From Candidatus Bathyarchaeota archaeon (GTDB taxonomy: Archaea; Thermoproteota; Bathyarchaeia; Hecatellales; Hecatellaceae): a DNA stretch of 20,630 nucleotides. A program made the position numbers and the translations under genes. A model generated the notes under the pieces. The model did no database searches and had not been told where the DNA came from. It was given only the letters and a program-made list of their open reading frames with translations. Each line of letters begins with the position of its first letter. Position 1 is the first letter of the stretch. Shown here in pieces: positions 6,979-16,735 of the stretch. Location: the NCBI GenBank assembly GCA_052246995.1, contig JBQPWD010000008.1, positions 1-20,630 on the forward strand, given 5' to 3'.

Positions 6979-7971
6979 ATGGTGGAAGTTAGTATAATTA
7001 TGGTTAATTATAATGGTCTAAGATGGCTTAAGAGGTCTTTACCCTCATTGTTTAGGCAAAATTTTAAAGATTTTGAGGTTATTGTTGTGGATAACGCCTC
7101 GAGAGATGGTAGTGCTGAGTTTATTGAGAAAAATTATCCCCAAGTCAAATTGGTAAAACTTGATAAAAATTACGGTTTTGCCAAAGCTAACAACATTGGA
7201 CTGAAACATGCAAATGGGAGGTACCTTGTATTTTTAAACAATGATACTGAAGTATTAGAGGGTTGGCTGGAGAATTTAGTTAGAGGTATAAAAGAGAGAC
7301 CCGAGTATAAGTTACTAGCGAGTATCCAGCTTCCAGATCAAAATGGAAATAAAACAAGGGATTTAATGGTATACTTTGGCCCCAGCATATGCGACCCTCG
7401 AGTTAAAACAGTATGGAGAAAAAAGGCAGATAGAGATAACATTATAGTTGATAGCTTATTTGCTAGTGGTGCATGCTTTATCATGCCTAGAGAATGGCTT
7501 GAGGAGGTGGAATTACTTTTTGATGATTACTACTTTATGGCCGCTGAAGATCTAGATTTAAGTTTAAGAACAATATTTCTTGGTGGGAAGATTGGTTATG
7601 TCATGAATAGTAAACTTATTCATTATACTGGAGGTTCTAGCAGAAAGGTTAGAACTAAGATAACTAGGCTTGCAATGAGAAACGAGCTTTTAACAGCCTA
7701 CAAACTTTTAAGCCTAAAAAATTTTATCAAGATCTTACTGGTAAAAATTTTTTACCTTATTGCACGAAATGTTATTAAAGCTGATGAATTTAAGATAAAT
7801 TTCGCAATGACTAAAGGTTTTTTAGATTTTTTCGCAAACTTCCCAAGGTACACTGAGTATAGGTTAAATTTCGCTTGCAGAAAAAAGGTGCGTGATGAAA
7901 CCATCCTTAGGTTGTTAAAGTACAAGTCAAGAACCCAAGAAATTCTGTATAAGTGGTTAAACCGCTGGTAA
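6979..7971 (+). CDS. Glycosyltransferase family 2
   Basis: VSIIMVNYN, VVDNASRDGS, NYGFAKANNIG, FLNNDT, SGACF, EDLDLSLR. Confidence 0.93.
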   Translation: MVEVSIIMVNYNGLRWLKRSLPSLFRQNFKDFEVIVVDNASRDGSAEFIEKNYPQVKLVKLDKNYGFAKANNIGLKHANGRYLVFLNNDTEVLEGWLENLVRGIKERPEYKLLASIQLPDQNGNKTRDLMVYFGPSICDPRVKTVWRKKADRDNIIVDSLFASGACFIMPREWLEEVELLFDDYYFMAAEDLDLSLRTIFLGGKIGYVMNSKLIHYTGGSSRKVRTKITRLAMRNELLTAYKLLSLKNFIKILLVKIFYLIARNVIKADEFKINFAMTKGFLDFFANFPRYTEYRLNFACRKKVRDETILRLLKYKSRTQEILYKWLNRW

Positions 7972-7985
7972 GAGGTTAGGTAGGA

Positions 7986-8843
7986 GTGGGTTGGCATGAA
8001 AAAAGAATTACAGTCATAACGTGTGCAAAAAACGAAGAAAAATTTTTGAGCTTATCTTTAATTTCACTTCTAAACCAAACACTCTTGCCAACCGAAATTA
8101 TAATCGTGAACGACAGAAGTACCGATAGAACAGGAGAAATTGCTGAAAAATTTGCTAAAATGTACCCATCGCTTATCAGAGTTGTACATAGAAGTGGTAA
8201 CCCTAAACTTGAAGATGTCAAGGAAATCCCTAAAGCATTTAACGAAGGATTAAAATATGCTGGAAAATTTGATTTTCTAGCTAAGATAGACGCTGACATG
8301 GTGCTTATGCCAGAGTATTTTAAAACTATAATAGTGGAATTTCAAAAGGATGAAAAACTTGGCATTGCTGGTGGCAAAACCATAAATGAAGAACACATTA
8401 GTGTTCGTGGTGGTAATAGAGTTTTTCGCCACGAATGTTGGAGGGAAATAAGCAACAACGGGCTTATGCCAGTTGTTGACCCGGAGGACACCTACACAAC
8501 CCTTAAGGCTTGGTATTTAGGTTGGAAAGTTAAGCTTGTTGATGAGGCTAGAAGTTTTCACTTACGGCCAATGAAAAGTCTACCACTCAAGAAAATCATC
8601 AAACAAAGGTGGAGAGTAGGATTAGCATATTATAGATTTGGAGGACACCCATTAAGCTTTCTTGGAAAACTTTTGTTGCTATCTACTTCCGAAAAACCTT
8701 ACCTACTTTCAATATTGTTAGCCTCTTCAGGGTGGATTTATGGCTTTTTAAAACGTGAAAGGATAGATGAGGCATTAAGAAAGTATAACAAGGCGAGAAC
8801 GAAGGGGCTTGTTATTAAAAGGTGTTTAAGACTCTTAGGTTAG
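7986..8843 (+). CDS. Glycosyltransferase family 2
   Basis: ITCAKNEE, IVNDRSTDRT, KIDAD, PED motifs. Confidence 0.9.
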   Translation: MGWHEKRITVITCAKNEEKFLSLSLISLLNQTLLPTEIIIVNDRSTDRTGEIAEKFAKMYPSLIRVVHRSGNPKLEDVKEIPKAFNEGLKYAGKFDFLAKIDADMVLMPEYFKTIIVEFQKDEKLGIAGGKTINEEHISVRGGNRVFRHECWREISNNGLMPVVDPEDTYTTLKAWYLGWKVKLVDEARSFHLRPMKSLPLKKIIKQRWRVGLAYYRFGGHPLSFLGKLLLLSTSEKPYLLSILLASSGWIYGFLKRERIDEALRKYNKARTKGLVIKRCLRLLG

Positions 8844-8874
8844 ATAGTTTTTTAGGGATAAACCAAATCCTACC

Positions 8875-8992
8875 TCTTGTTTCTCTCTTGAATTCAAAAA
8901 ATCCTCTTTCGACAAAACCCTTTATGTATTATTCTATCGTTTCTATGCTTTCTAAGACATGCTTTATGAAAATTAAATGGGTTTTTCTTCAT
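8875..8992 (-). pseudogene. HepT/DUF86 (HEPN) toxin relic, frameshifted and truncated
   Basis: ATG overlaps MNT stop (ATGA); MKKNP / LIFIKHVLESIETIEYIKG / SKEDFLNSREKQE across frames; no RxxxxH C-terminal part. Confidence 0.7.
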
Positions 8993-9269
8993 AGAATTGC
9001 TTTCTGCTCCTGCAAAATTCTATCTCTTAAAAGAGGATGTAAGGAATTATAGGTTAAAACATCAACCTTTCTCCCCAAAGCCTCTTCCAAATCTATTTTC
9101 AATCCTGCAAGGTCGAGCAAACTTTTTTCTCCTTCAAACTCAACGAGGATATCTATGTCGCTATCTTTTCTTTCCTCTCCTCTCACAAAAGAACCAAAAA
9201 CAGCCGTTTTTTGACACCGTAACGCCTTGATAGGGGGATTATTTTATCTTTTACTTGTTCCAATTCCAT
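8989..9269 (-). pseudogene. MntA-type minimal nucleotidyltransferase antitoxin with one frameshift
   Basis: MELEQVKDKIIPLSRRYGVKK then, one frame over at the A6 run (9207-9212), TAVFGSFVRGEERKDSDIDILVEF...LGRKVDV. Confidence 0.82.
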
Positions 9270-9291
9270 AACTGAGTATTTATTTAGTCTT

Positions 9292-9426
9292 CTACTTTAA
9301 CTTTTCAAATTTAAGCCTTTTCCTCACAAAGTTTTCTGATACTTGAAATTCTTCTGCTAGTTCTGGAATTGGGTCTGGAAACTCTTTAACCCATTCCTGC
9401 TTTAAAATCTCATCGAGCTTTTTCTT
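9292..9426 (-). pseudogene. C-terminal fragment resembling ImmA/IrrE metallopeptidase HTH tail
   Basis: KKKLDEILKQEWVKEFPDPIPELAEEFQVSENFVRKRLKFEKLK*; LAxxFxVSxxxxxxRL motif; no start codon region. Confidence 0.5.
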
Positions 9427-9469
9427 CTAGATTCTAGAATTAAAAGATGCGTAAACATCCGATGGTGGA

Positions 9470-9543
9470 GGCCGCCGCCGGGATTTGAACCCGGCCTCCA
9501 GGCTCCACAGGCCTGTACGCTACCAAGCTACGTTACGGCGGCC
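9470..9543 (-). tRNA. tRNA-His (GTG), encoded G-1, no intron
   Basis: Acceptor GCCGCCG/CGGCGGC, anticodon arm CAGGC-CTGTGGA-GCCTG, T arm CCGGG-TTCAAAT-CCCGG; discriminator C followed by TCCA, so CCA is not directly encoded. Confidence 0.95.
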
Positions 9544-9765
9544 GTTTTCGCCTATAATTTTTCTTGGTTGGAAGGTTGAATGAAGTTAGAGTAATCTTCC
9601 ACATAAGTTTTTAGGTTTATTGGTGTTGTTTTGGCTGTTGTGGTTAGGACTGTTAACGTTAACAGCAAATGTTTTGTGATGTGTTTGCCAACTTTAAACT
9701 TTTTCACAGTTTTTGTGAAAATAGTCTTTTTATATCTTTTCTTTTTAACGTAGTAACAGGGTGGG

Positions 9766-10583
9766 ATGAAGTACAAGGAAAAAGTATGTTGTTGCTGTGA
9801 TGGTTTGCTTGATTGTAGGTGTTTTAGGCGGTTATAGCGTTGGATACGCGTTATATGAGTCTAAGATAAAAAACTATGAAAATCAGGTTTCTACCTGACA
9901 TTTGAACTTTTAAAGCTTAATTTAACCCTCTCCGAGGCTAAAAGCCTGATTATACAGCTTCAAAACCAAGTTTTAAGCTATAAAACACAGGTTTTAAACT
10001 TAGAGTTAGAACGAAGCCAACTAAAAAATGAGCTGACTGATGCCCAAGAAACAATTTTAAACTATGATAAAGCAGTTTTCTAGTTTAAACTCTCAAATTC
10101 AAGCCTTATAATCTCAAGTTTTAAGTCATCAGTATCAATTAAAGCTTTACAAAGGTGAATACGAGTTAAAAACAAGAGAATACATTGCGAAAATTTCTGA
10201 ACTGGAAAACAAAATTTTATACTTAAAGTCTCAGACACTTTACAGCAACCTAACTTATAGTGAAGTTAAAGAGTTTATTAGAAAAGACAGGACTGATGAA
10301 AACCAGCATATTCCAAGCAAGTATGTTTGTGCAGATTTTGCAGCAGACGTAAACAACAACGCAGAAGGGCAAGGTATTAGGTGTGGTTATATGATTGTAT
10401 ACTTTAAAGATGGTACACATGCTTTGGTTGTGTTTGAAACTATGGATAAAGGGCTAGTTTTCATAGAACCACAAGTAGATAGAGAAGTTAAGGTTGGAGT
10501 AGGTGTTAGGTACTGGGGTTGATAATGGCTTCTTAAAACCAGATTACGATGACACTATTACAAAAGCCCTTATAATTTGGTGA
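9766..10583 (+). pseudogene. Disrupted membrane-anchored coiled-coil protein with C-terminal papain/transglutaminase-like domain
   Basis: TM segment (YVVAVMVCLIVGVLGGY), heptad-rich stalk, then TYSEVKEFIRKDRTD...YVCADFA...GIRCGY...HALVVFET.DKGLVFIEPQ...YDDTI; about four frameshifts plus in-frame TAA at 10109-10111. Missed by the ORF track. Confidence 0.72.
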
Positions 10584-10674
10584 ATCCTGCCAAAGTAACT
10601 TAAAATGTAGTTTTTCAATTTTTCCACTTTTACAATGTTAAAGGGGTTAAAAAGCCTTCTTTGACTTTTTCTCT

Positions 10675-11049
10675 TTAATATTCTGTAAATTCCCTTTTCC
10701 TAAGTGCTGTGAGGTCTATTTCTCCTGTTTTAGGGTTTGGAGTTAAAGCCCACTTTTCCATTGCTAATGCTCCAATTATGGCATCTATCCTCCTTTTTCT
10801 TTCATCAAAACCTAGTTCTCCAACAGGATGGGCTTCAATGTCAAATGGTAAACCCTCTATCGCACATTCTATTAGGCAGACTTCTGTTATCCTATAAACC
10901 TTACCGCCTAAACCAACCTCAAAAGGAGTTATTTTCCGCCTAACTTCAGAGGTAAATTCCTCCCTAACGTAGGATCTTAATGAGCCTGTATCAAACAGTA
11001 CATAGGCTTTCTTTCCTTCTATCTCAATCTCCTTAAAGGTCCTAGCCAA
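10675..11049 (-). CDS. Retropepsin-like (clan AA) aspartic protease
   Basis: LFDTGS catalytic motif and DAIIG...ME motif; AGGTGA RBS before TTG. Confidence 0.85.
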   Translation of the reverse strand: MARTFKEIEIEGKKAYVLFDTGSLRSYVREEFTSEVRRKITPFEVGLGGKVYRITEVCLIECAIEGLPFDIEAHPVGELGFDERKRRIDAIIGALAMEKWALTPNPKTGEIDLTALRKREFTEY

Positions 11050-11460
11050 CCAACTTCACCTTAATTTTAATAACCATGCCTTCATAATAAACTAAACTAA
11101 GAAGAACTCAACAACTCAATTTATTTGTTTTCTATCAACTAGAGACAAACTTTACTAAGCATTATAAAAAACATTAAAACTTTCAAAAAGGAGTCAAATT
11201 CCATCATTGGGATTTGCGACAGGAGAATTAAGCATTACAAAGCCTTACTCAAGGAAGGTGAAGCTGTTAAAGGCTCTGTTTTATCATTGTTAAACATAAA
11301 ACGGTAAGTAATAATGTTAAGGGGGTGTTTCGTTAATCGATGTCCTAAAGAGATGGTTAACTTCTACATAAGTTTTTTGATTTTTGGTTTGATGGTATTT
11401 TGAAAAATGCTTTATAGAGCATTTCTTTTGATTTTTGTTCAGCTTAACTTGAACTGTTGT

Positions 11461-12681
11461 CTACTGGTTTTGTTGGTGTTTAGTTTTTCCTGTTTCCATG
11501 ATTGCTATGTTAAGTGTTAACGTTGTTCCGGCTATTGTGGCTAGTACTAGTAGTGGTGGATAGGGTGACCATGTAACATCTATCAACCAACCTACAATAA
11601 CTGGAAATAGGAAGGAGCCTGTATTACCTATTGAGTATATTAATCCTGCAGCTCCACCAACAAAGTTGGAGGTTTCAGGGTGTTCTGCTGCTATTATAAG
11701 AACTAGTGTTAAGATTCCTGATAGTGTAAAACCTGCTGTCAATATGACTATCCACAACGGTATCTGGGATAGTTGTGGGATGAGAATTATGGATGGAATG
11801 GTGGTTAAGCTAAGCATCCATAAGAATGGTTTTCTTAATCCAACCTTGTCGGATAATGCCCCAACAGATAGTCCTGAAAGTAGGAATCCTAGTGGGAGGA
11901 TTGAGGATGTAATGTTTGCCTCTAAAGCTTCTAAACCCTTAATTTCCAGCATACGTGGAAGAAATGTGAGAAGTGTGTCGTAGCAGCCCATTGAGCAGAT
12001 ACATAATCCTGTTAACAGCCATACCTGCTTCAACTTGACAACCTCTTTAAGCTTTAATGTTGACTGGTTTAAATTTACCTGTTTTGTCGAGTAAGCCTTG
12101 CCTATAAGCCACCACGTTAATGCTAAAAATATGCTCCACAAGCCAAATGTTTTAAAAACAGCTCTCCAATCACCTTTAAAGGTTAAGAGAAGGTAGGATG
12201 TTAAACTTAACCCTACAAGCTCACCAACAGGAAATCCTGAAACATAAACTCCAGTGGCAACTCCTGCTTTTTCTTGGAACATTGTATTTACAATTTTGGT
12301 TAAACATGGTAGAATGGCGGCCATACCAACTCCAAGAAGTAGTTGGAAGATTAACAGTTCATGGTAGTTGGAGGCAAATCCTCTTAAAAAACTAAAAACG
12401 CCAATAAGCATCATTGCCATCTTTATTACATTCATAAACCCTAAACGGTCAATCATAAATCCCCATGGAATGCGTAGTAGCATGATGGCTAAGATACAGA
12501 TTGAAAACACAAACCCTGCTTCAGCATGTGATATACCCATCTCCTCAATTACAAGTTGAATTATGGGTGAATAGGAGAATAGAAGAAGGTGAATGGTGAA
12601 CGCTGTAAAAAATGCTTGAATTAAAATTAAATTTCCAATCTTCGATTGTGCAACCACCAACCTTTTATTTAAAATTTCCAT
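11461..12681 (-). CDS. MFS transporter (CynX-like)
   Basis: About 12 hydrophobic segments; GFMIDRLG and GALSDKVGLRK motif-A repeats. Confidence 0.9.
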   Translation of the reverse strand: MEILNKRLVVAQSKIGNLILIQAFFTAFTIHLLLFSYSPIIQLVIEEMGISHAEAGFVFSICILAIMLLRIPWGFMIDRLGFMNVIKMAMMLIGVFSFLRGFASNYHELLIFQLLLGVGMAAILPCLTKIVNTMFQEKAGVATGVYVSGFPVGELVGLSLTSYLLLTFKGDWRAVFKTFGLWSIFLALTWWLIGKAYSTKQVNLNQSTLKLKEVVKLKQVWLLTGLCICSMGCYDTLLTFLPRMLEIKGLEALEANITSSILPLGFLLSGLSVGALSDKVGLRKPFLWMLSLTTIPSIILIPQLSQIPLWIVILTAGFTLSGILTLVLIIAAEHPETSNFVGGAAGLIYSIGNTGSFLFPVIVGWLIDVTWSPYPPLLVLATIAGTTLTLNIAIMETGKTKHQQNQ

Positions 12682-12807
12682 GTCAGCCCTCTGAACGGTT
12701 TTTGTTAGATGGTTATGTTCCTATTTTTAATGTTAACTTTTATATTTTACCTGTCGTTATATAGATACAATCTGCGTGGATGTTGAATTGTTTAGGGAGG
12801 GTTTTTT

Positions 12808-13248
12808 ATGGTAATTTTAACTTTCTGGGAGGATAAGGTTGGAGGTAAGCTTGCTAAGGTTAATGTTGAAGCCCACAACTACACGTATAAGGTTGGCCCG
12901 GATGGTGTTTGGTTGATGCTTATAGCTGCTGAGGATAAAGAGGTGAAAACAAACCAGCCGGTAAATGTAAAAATTGAGGAGATTGATGTTCCCCCAGAAT
13001 CTATAGTTTTTCCATGCGCATTTATGAGACATGCGTTGGGGTTTGTTGCTTCACTGGTAGGTGTAGGTATGCCTAGGAAGATTGAGGAGAAAAGAAAAAT
13101 TAATGAGGTAATATTCCACCCAATTTTTGACGGTAAAATCTGTAAAGGTGAACTTTTAGGTGTTATAAACATGTTCTATGCCCATCCGGAGTACACATTT
13201 ATTGGAAGGTTTGTTGAGAAGTGGTTGAGTGAAAGATACAGGTATTAA
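12808..13248 (+). CDS. DUF22-domain archaeal protein
   Basis: W-LIAAED, MRHALG, DGKICKGELLGVINM motifs; GGGAGGGT RBS. Confidence 0.7.
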   Translation: MVILTFWEDKVGGKLAKVNVEAHNYTYKVGPDGVWLMLIAAEDKEVKTNQPVNVKIEEIDVPPESIVFPCAFMRHALGFVASLVGVGMPRKIEEKRKINEVIFHPIFDGKICKGELLGVINMFYAHPEYTFIGRFVEKWLSERYRY

Positions 13249-13421
13249 TCTTCCGCCAGAAAACTGCCAAAACTTTTAACATAAACTTTTTATCCGCTAC
13301 TCCAACTTCTAAACCTAGAAATAGGTTTGATGAAATTTTTAGGTTTAAATTTTTAACCTGAATTTTTCTAAAAACTGTTAAGCTTTTAGGTGGATGTGGC
13401 AGAATGTTGGAAAGTTGGTTA

Positions 13422-13498
13422 TGGTGCGGCCGCCGGGATTTGAACCCGGGTTAGAGGCGTGGCAGGCCCCTGTCTTAACCAGGCTGGACCACGGCCGC
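13422..13498 (-). tRNA. tRNA-Gly (GCC), CCA encoded
   Basis: Acceptor GCGGCCG/CGGCCGC-A-CCA, anticodon arm GGGGC-CTGCCAC-GCCTC, T arm CCGGG-TTCAAAT-CCCGG. Confidence 0.95.
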
Positions 13499-13530
13499 GT
13501 CTAATATAGATTAGCTTTAAGCTGTGTTAT

Positions 13531-14238
13531 TTATGGTTTTACTGGTAAATTTAACCTTTTTTCATGTAACTTTATTTTTGCTTCGTAGGTTGTTATAATC
13601 CTTGAGGTTACTATCCATGTGTCTAAGGGTTTTGGGTCTATGCAAACTTTTTCGTCTGCAAGTTTTAATGTTTCATCTTTAAATTCTCCATGGGGGAATC
13701 CTCCAACCATGATTATCGGGTTGTTTTCCTTTTCCAGTTTTTCTGCAAGCATGGTTGGGGTTAACGGTTTTCCTTTTTCTGTTAAGAGAAATGTTTTTGA
13801 CGGGTTGAGTTTTTTGATTAGGTTTTCAATGTTAAGTTTTTCCAGGGTTAGCAGCGTTTTTCCTTCTAACGGTATTTTTCCAACTTGGAAAAGTTGTTCT
13901 ATTAAGCCTACAAACCTGTTGTAGTTTTTTGGTAGACGTGTTTCAGGGTTGACGTAGATGACGTAGTTTACAAATGTGTGGATGTATGTTTTAATTAAAC
14001 CTTCAAGGTTTAAAGGTGAACCTAAAACTTCAAGAAGGGTAAAGTGAACTATGTCTGGACGTCCCCTTTTTTCCTTGAATGGTAGTTTACCCATGGCTTG
14101 ATAATGGTAGGATTTGTCAAGTAAAACTTTTTCAGGTTTTTTTCCAACTTTTTTAGCGTAAGCCTTGATTTGCGGGTGGTTTTGAATTTCTGCCGGTATT
14201 GTTTCTAAGGCTGTTTCAACAAGGATAAAGTTTAGCAT
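13531..14238 (-). CDS. nep1: 16S rRNA pseudouridine-N1 methyltransferase Nep1/EMG1
   Basis: LLDKSYH, KRGRPDIVH, RLPKNYNRFVGLIEQL, VGGFPHGEF. Confidence 0.95.
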   Translation of the reverse strand: MLNFILVETALETIPAEIQNHPQIKAYAKKVGKKPEKVLLDKSYHYQAMGKLPFKEKRGRPDIVHFTLLEVLGSPLNLEGLIKTYIHTFVNYVIYVNPETRLPKNYNRFVGLIEQLFQVGKIPLEGKTLLTLEKLNIENLIKKLNPSKTFLLTEKGKPLTPTMLAEKLEKENNPIIMVGGFPHGEFKDETLKLADEKVCIDPKPLDTWIVTSRIITTYEAKIKLHEKRLNLPVKP

Positions 14239-14277
14239 TTAACATCAAAAACAGTATATGTTGCTTCCTCATATTTA

Positions 14278-14607
14278 TTGGGGGGAAGGTTGACTTTACG
14301 TAGAAAAAGGGAGGTTGTGGAAGTTGCAAAGGAGAGGATAGAGATTCTTATGGAAAATGCCTTTAAAAGGATGATGAAACATGATGAAGGGTTAGCTCAA
14401 AGATATGTTGACCTTGCTAGAAGGGTTAGTATGAAAAGTAGGGTTAGAATTCCACGTAAATGGAAGATTTTTATTTGCAGGGGATGTAAAAAGCTTATGA
14501 TTCCAGGTTTAAACTGTAGGGTTAGAGTTCAGAGGAGGAGAAATCCACATGTTGCTTTAACATGTTTGATGTGCGGTCATGTAAAACGTTTTAGCTATAA
14601 AAAGTAG
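14278..14607 (+). CDS. rnp4: Ribonuclease P protein component 4 (Rpp21)
   Basis: AKERIEIL, AQRYVDLARR, CRGC...PG...RVR...TCLMCG. Confidence 0.93.
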   Translation: MGGRLTLRRKREVVEVAKERIEILMENAFKRMMKHDEGLAQRYVDLARRVSMKSRVRIPRKWKIFICRGCKKLMIPGLNCRVRVQRRRNPHVALTCLMCGHVKRFSYKK

Positions 14608-14612
14608 AATGG

Positions 14613-15695
14613 CTATCTTTCCCTTTTACCCTCTATAAACTCTTCAACCCATTTTTTTGCCAGGTAGTCTGGAGCTTGAACTGGTGGATGTTTAAATGCA
14701 TATGCCGATATGCTGGTTAACGGTCCACCAATTTTTCTGTCAAGCGCAATTTTCATAGCTCTGATAACGTCAACCACTACTCCTGCACTGTTTGGTGAGT
14801 CTTCAACGCTAAGTTTAACATCTATGTAGACTGGTATGCCTCCAAACTTTTTGCCAACAATGTTGATGTAACATATTTTTCTGTCTTTGAGAAAGGGAAT
14901 GTAGTCTGATGGTCCTATTTTTACAGGTATTTTGTGGGGTACAAGGGATGTTACAGCCTCTGTTTTGCTTATCCTTTTTCTAGCTAACCTTTCTTCAACA
15001 GTCATGTTTAGGAAGTCGGTGTTTCCTCCTATGTTTAGCTGGTAGGTTTCTTCAATTTTAACACCTCTACTTTCAAGCAGGTCTACAAGAACCCTGTGTA
15101 GGATTGTTGCTCCAATTTGGCTTTTAACATCGTCACCTGCAACTGGAAGTTTGGCGTCTTCAAACCTTTTAGCCCAGTTTGGGTCTGAGGCTATAAACTC
15201 TGGTATGGCGTTTATAAATCCACATTTAGCTTTTAATGCTTGTTCAGCGTAGAATTGGGTTGCTTTTATACTTCCAACAGGTAGATAGTTGATAAGTATT
15301 TCAGCTTCACTTTCCGTTAAAACTTCTGCAACGTCAACAGGTTCTATTGGTTGGGTGTTGGCTAGGCCGAAGGCTTCTTTCATGTGTGGTGCAACACCGT
15401 CAAGAACTGGTGCAGGTTTAACTTTAACACCTATCTTTGGAACATCGGCAAACTTTACGGTGCAGTTTGGGGGTGAGAAAATGGCTTCTGAAAGGTCTTT
15501 ACCAACTTTTCTAGGGTCAACGTCAAATGCGGCTACAAACTTTATATCACTAATAGTGTATCCTCCAAAGTTGGGATGTATAAGTCCAACAACATCATCT
15601 TCGCTGTATCTGTAACGTCCATAAAAGTATACTCCTTGAACAAGGGAGGATGCACAGTTGCCGACACCTGCTATTGCCACTTTGATTGGTGACAT
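14613..15695 (-). CDS. ino1: myo-inositol-1-phosphate synthase
   Basis: GVGNCASSLVQG, INYLPVGS, GDDVKSQIGAT, GGNTDFLNM, DSPNSAG. Confidence 0.96.
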   Translation of the reverse strand: MSPIKVAIAGVGNCASSLVQGVYFYGRYRYSEDDVVGLIHPNFGGYTISDIKFVAAFDVDPRKVGKDLSEAIFSPPNCTVKFADVPKIGVKVKPAPVLDGVAPHMKEAFGLANTQPIEPVDVAEVLTESEAEILINYLPVGSIKATQFYAEQALKAKCGFINAIPEFIASDPNWAKRFEDAKLPVAGDDVKSQIGATILHRVLVDLLESRGVKIEETYQLNIGGNTDFLNMTVEERLARKRISKTEAVTSLVPHKIPVKIGPSDYIPFLKDRKICYINIVGKKFGGIPVYIDVKLSVEDSPNSAGVVVDVIRAMKIALDRKIGGPLTSISAYAFKHPPVQAPDYLAKKWVEEFIEGKRER

Positions 15696-15952
15696 TAAGT
15701 AACACCTAAATTTTAAGGCGGCCTGCTTTAACCCATGTTAAGAGTTAGTTTAATTATCTTTACTTTTACCTTAGGACGCATATAAAATTTCGTATATAAT
15801 TTGTTAAATTTTTTATATGTTTTTAGGTATTTACTAACACTATAAACATTGCTTTCCGTTTAACTGTAAAGGTTTTGAAGCCTGTATTGGGGTTGGGTTG
15901 TTGAGGCTTTAATTTTAAAAATTAAAAATGCTTAAAATAGATTGTAGTTTAT

Positions 15953-16735
15953 TTGTGGTTGGTGGGTGTAAAGGTGACTAACGTTTATCATGTTGCATTT
16001 TCAGAGCCTGGAGGCATACTTTCACTTTTTTTTGCAAGCTGTAATTTTAAGTGTAAAGGGTGTGCCATGAAGATTACACCTTGGAATTTTTACTTGGCTG
16101 AGGATGTACGTTTAAGGCTTGGGTCTGCTGAGGGTGTTAAAACGTTGGAGCTTTTTGAGCTTGAAAGGCTTCTTAAACCTTTAAAGGTTAATTATGCTGT
16201 TGTTGGTTGTGTTGGTGAGCCGACGATTGACGGGGAGATTGTTGACATTGTTAGGGTTCTTAAAAGGCTTAAGGCTGGTTTAATATTGCTGTTAACCAAT
16301 GGTTACAACTTGGATGAGGATATGGTTGGGGATTTGAAGAATGCAGGTGTGGATGAGGTTGAGGTTAGCATTAAAGCCTACACGGATGATATACATATAG
16401 AATATACTGGTGTTTCAAATAGGAGGGTTTTGGAAAACTTTAAACTTCTTTGGAGGATGGGTGTTAAGCTTAGGTGTGAAACTGTTGTAATTCCAAGGCT
16501 TGTGGAGGTTGATGAGGTTGAAAAAATTGCTAAGTTTGTGGCCTCGGTAAACCCGTTGATTCCTTACAGGGTTGATAGGTATACTAGGGCTCCAGGTGCA
16601 CCTTGGAGGGATGCTACGTTTGCAGAGGTTTTGGATGCTATGATGGTTGCAAAAAAATATTTAAAAAATGTTTATTATGCTGAGGCTACACCTCCAACTG
16701 AAAGGGTTTACACCGTTTACCCTAAACTTTCCTAA
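15953..16735 (+). CDS. Radical SAM protein, PflA/organic-radical activase-like
   Basis: CNFKCKGC, GEPT, LLTNG, VSIKA. Start uncertain (possibly GTG 15974). 3' end overlaps purM by 14 bp. Confidence 0.87.
   Translation: MWLVGVKVTNVYHVAFSEPGGILSLFFASCNFKCKGCAMKITPWNFYLAEDVRLRLGSAEGVKTLELFELERLLKPLKVNYAVVGCVGEPTIDGEIVDIVRVLKRLKAGLILLLTNGYNLDEDMVGDLKNAGVDEVEVSIKAYTDDIHIEYTGVSNRRVLENFKLLWRMGVKLRCETVVIPRLVEVDEVEKIAKFVASVNPLIPYRVDRYTRAPGAPWRDATFAEVLDAMMVAKKYLKNVYYAEATPPTERVYTVYPKLS

Noticed and set aside
11200-11307. Short protein-like frame SIIGICDRRIKHYKALLKEGEAVKGSVL
   Set aside because: Too short, no start, no family I can name with confidence.
13250-13420. Several AAACCT/AGGTTT hairpins between the DUF22 gene and tRNA-Gly
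   Set aside because: Short stems built from motifs that are abundant throughout this sequence; cannot be separated from background.
9470-13498. Shared CGCCGGGATTTGAACCCGG between the two tRNAs as att-site duplication
   Set aside because: Both are complete tRNAs; this is normal T-arm conservation.
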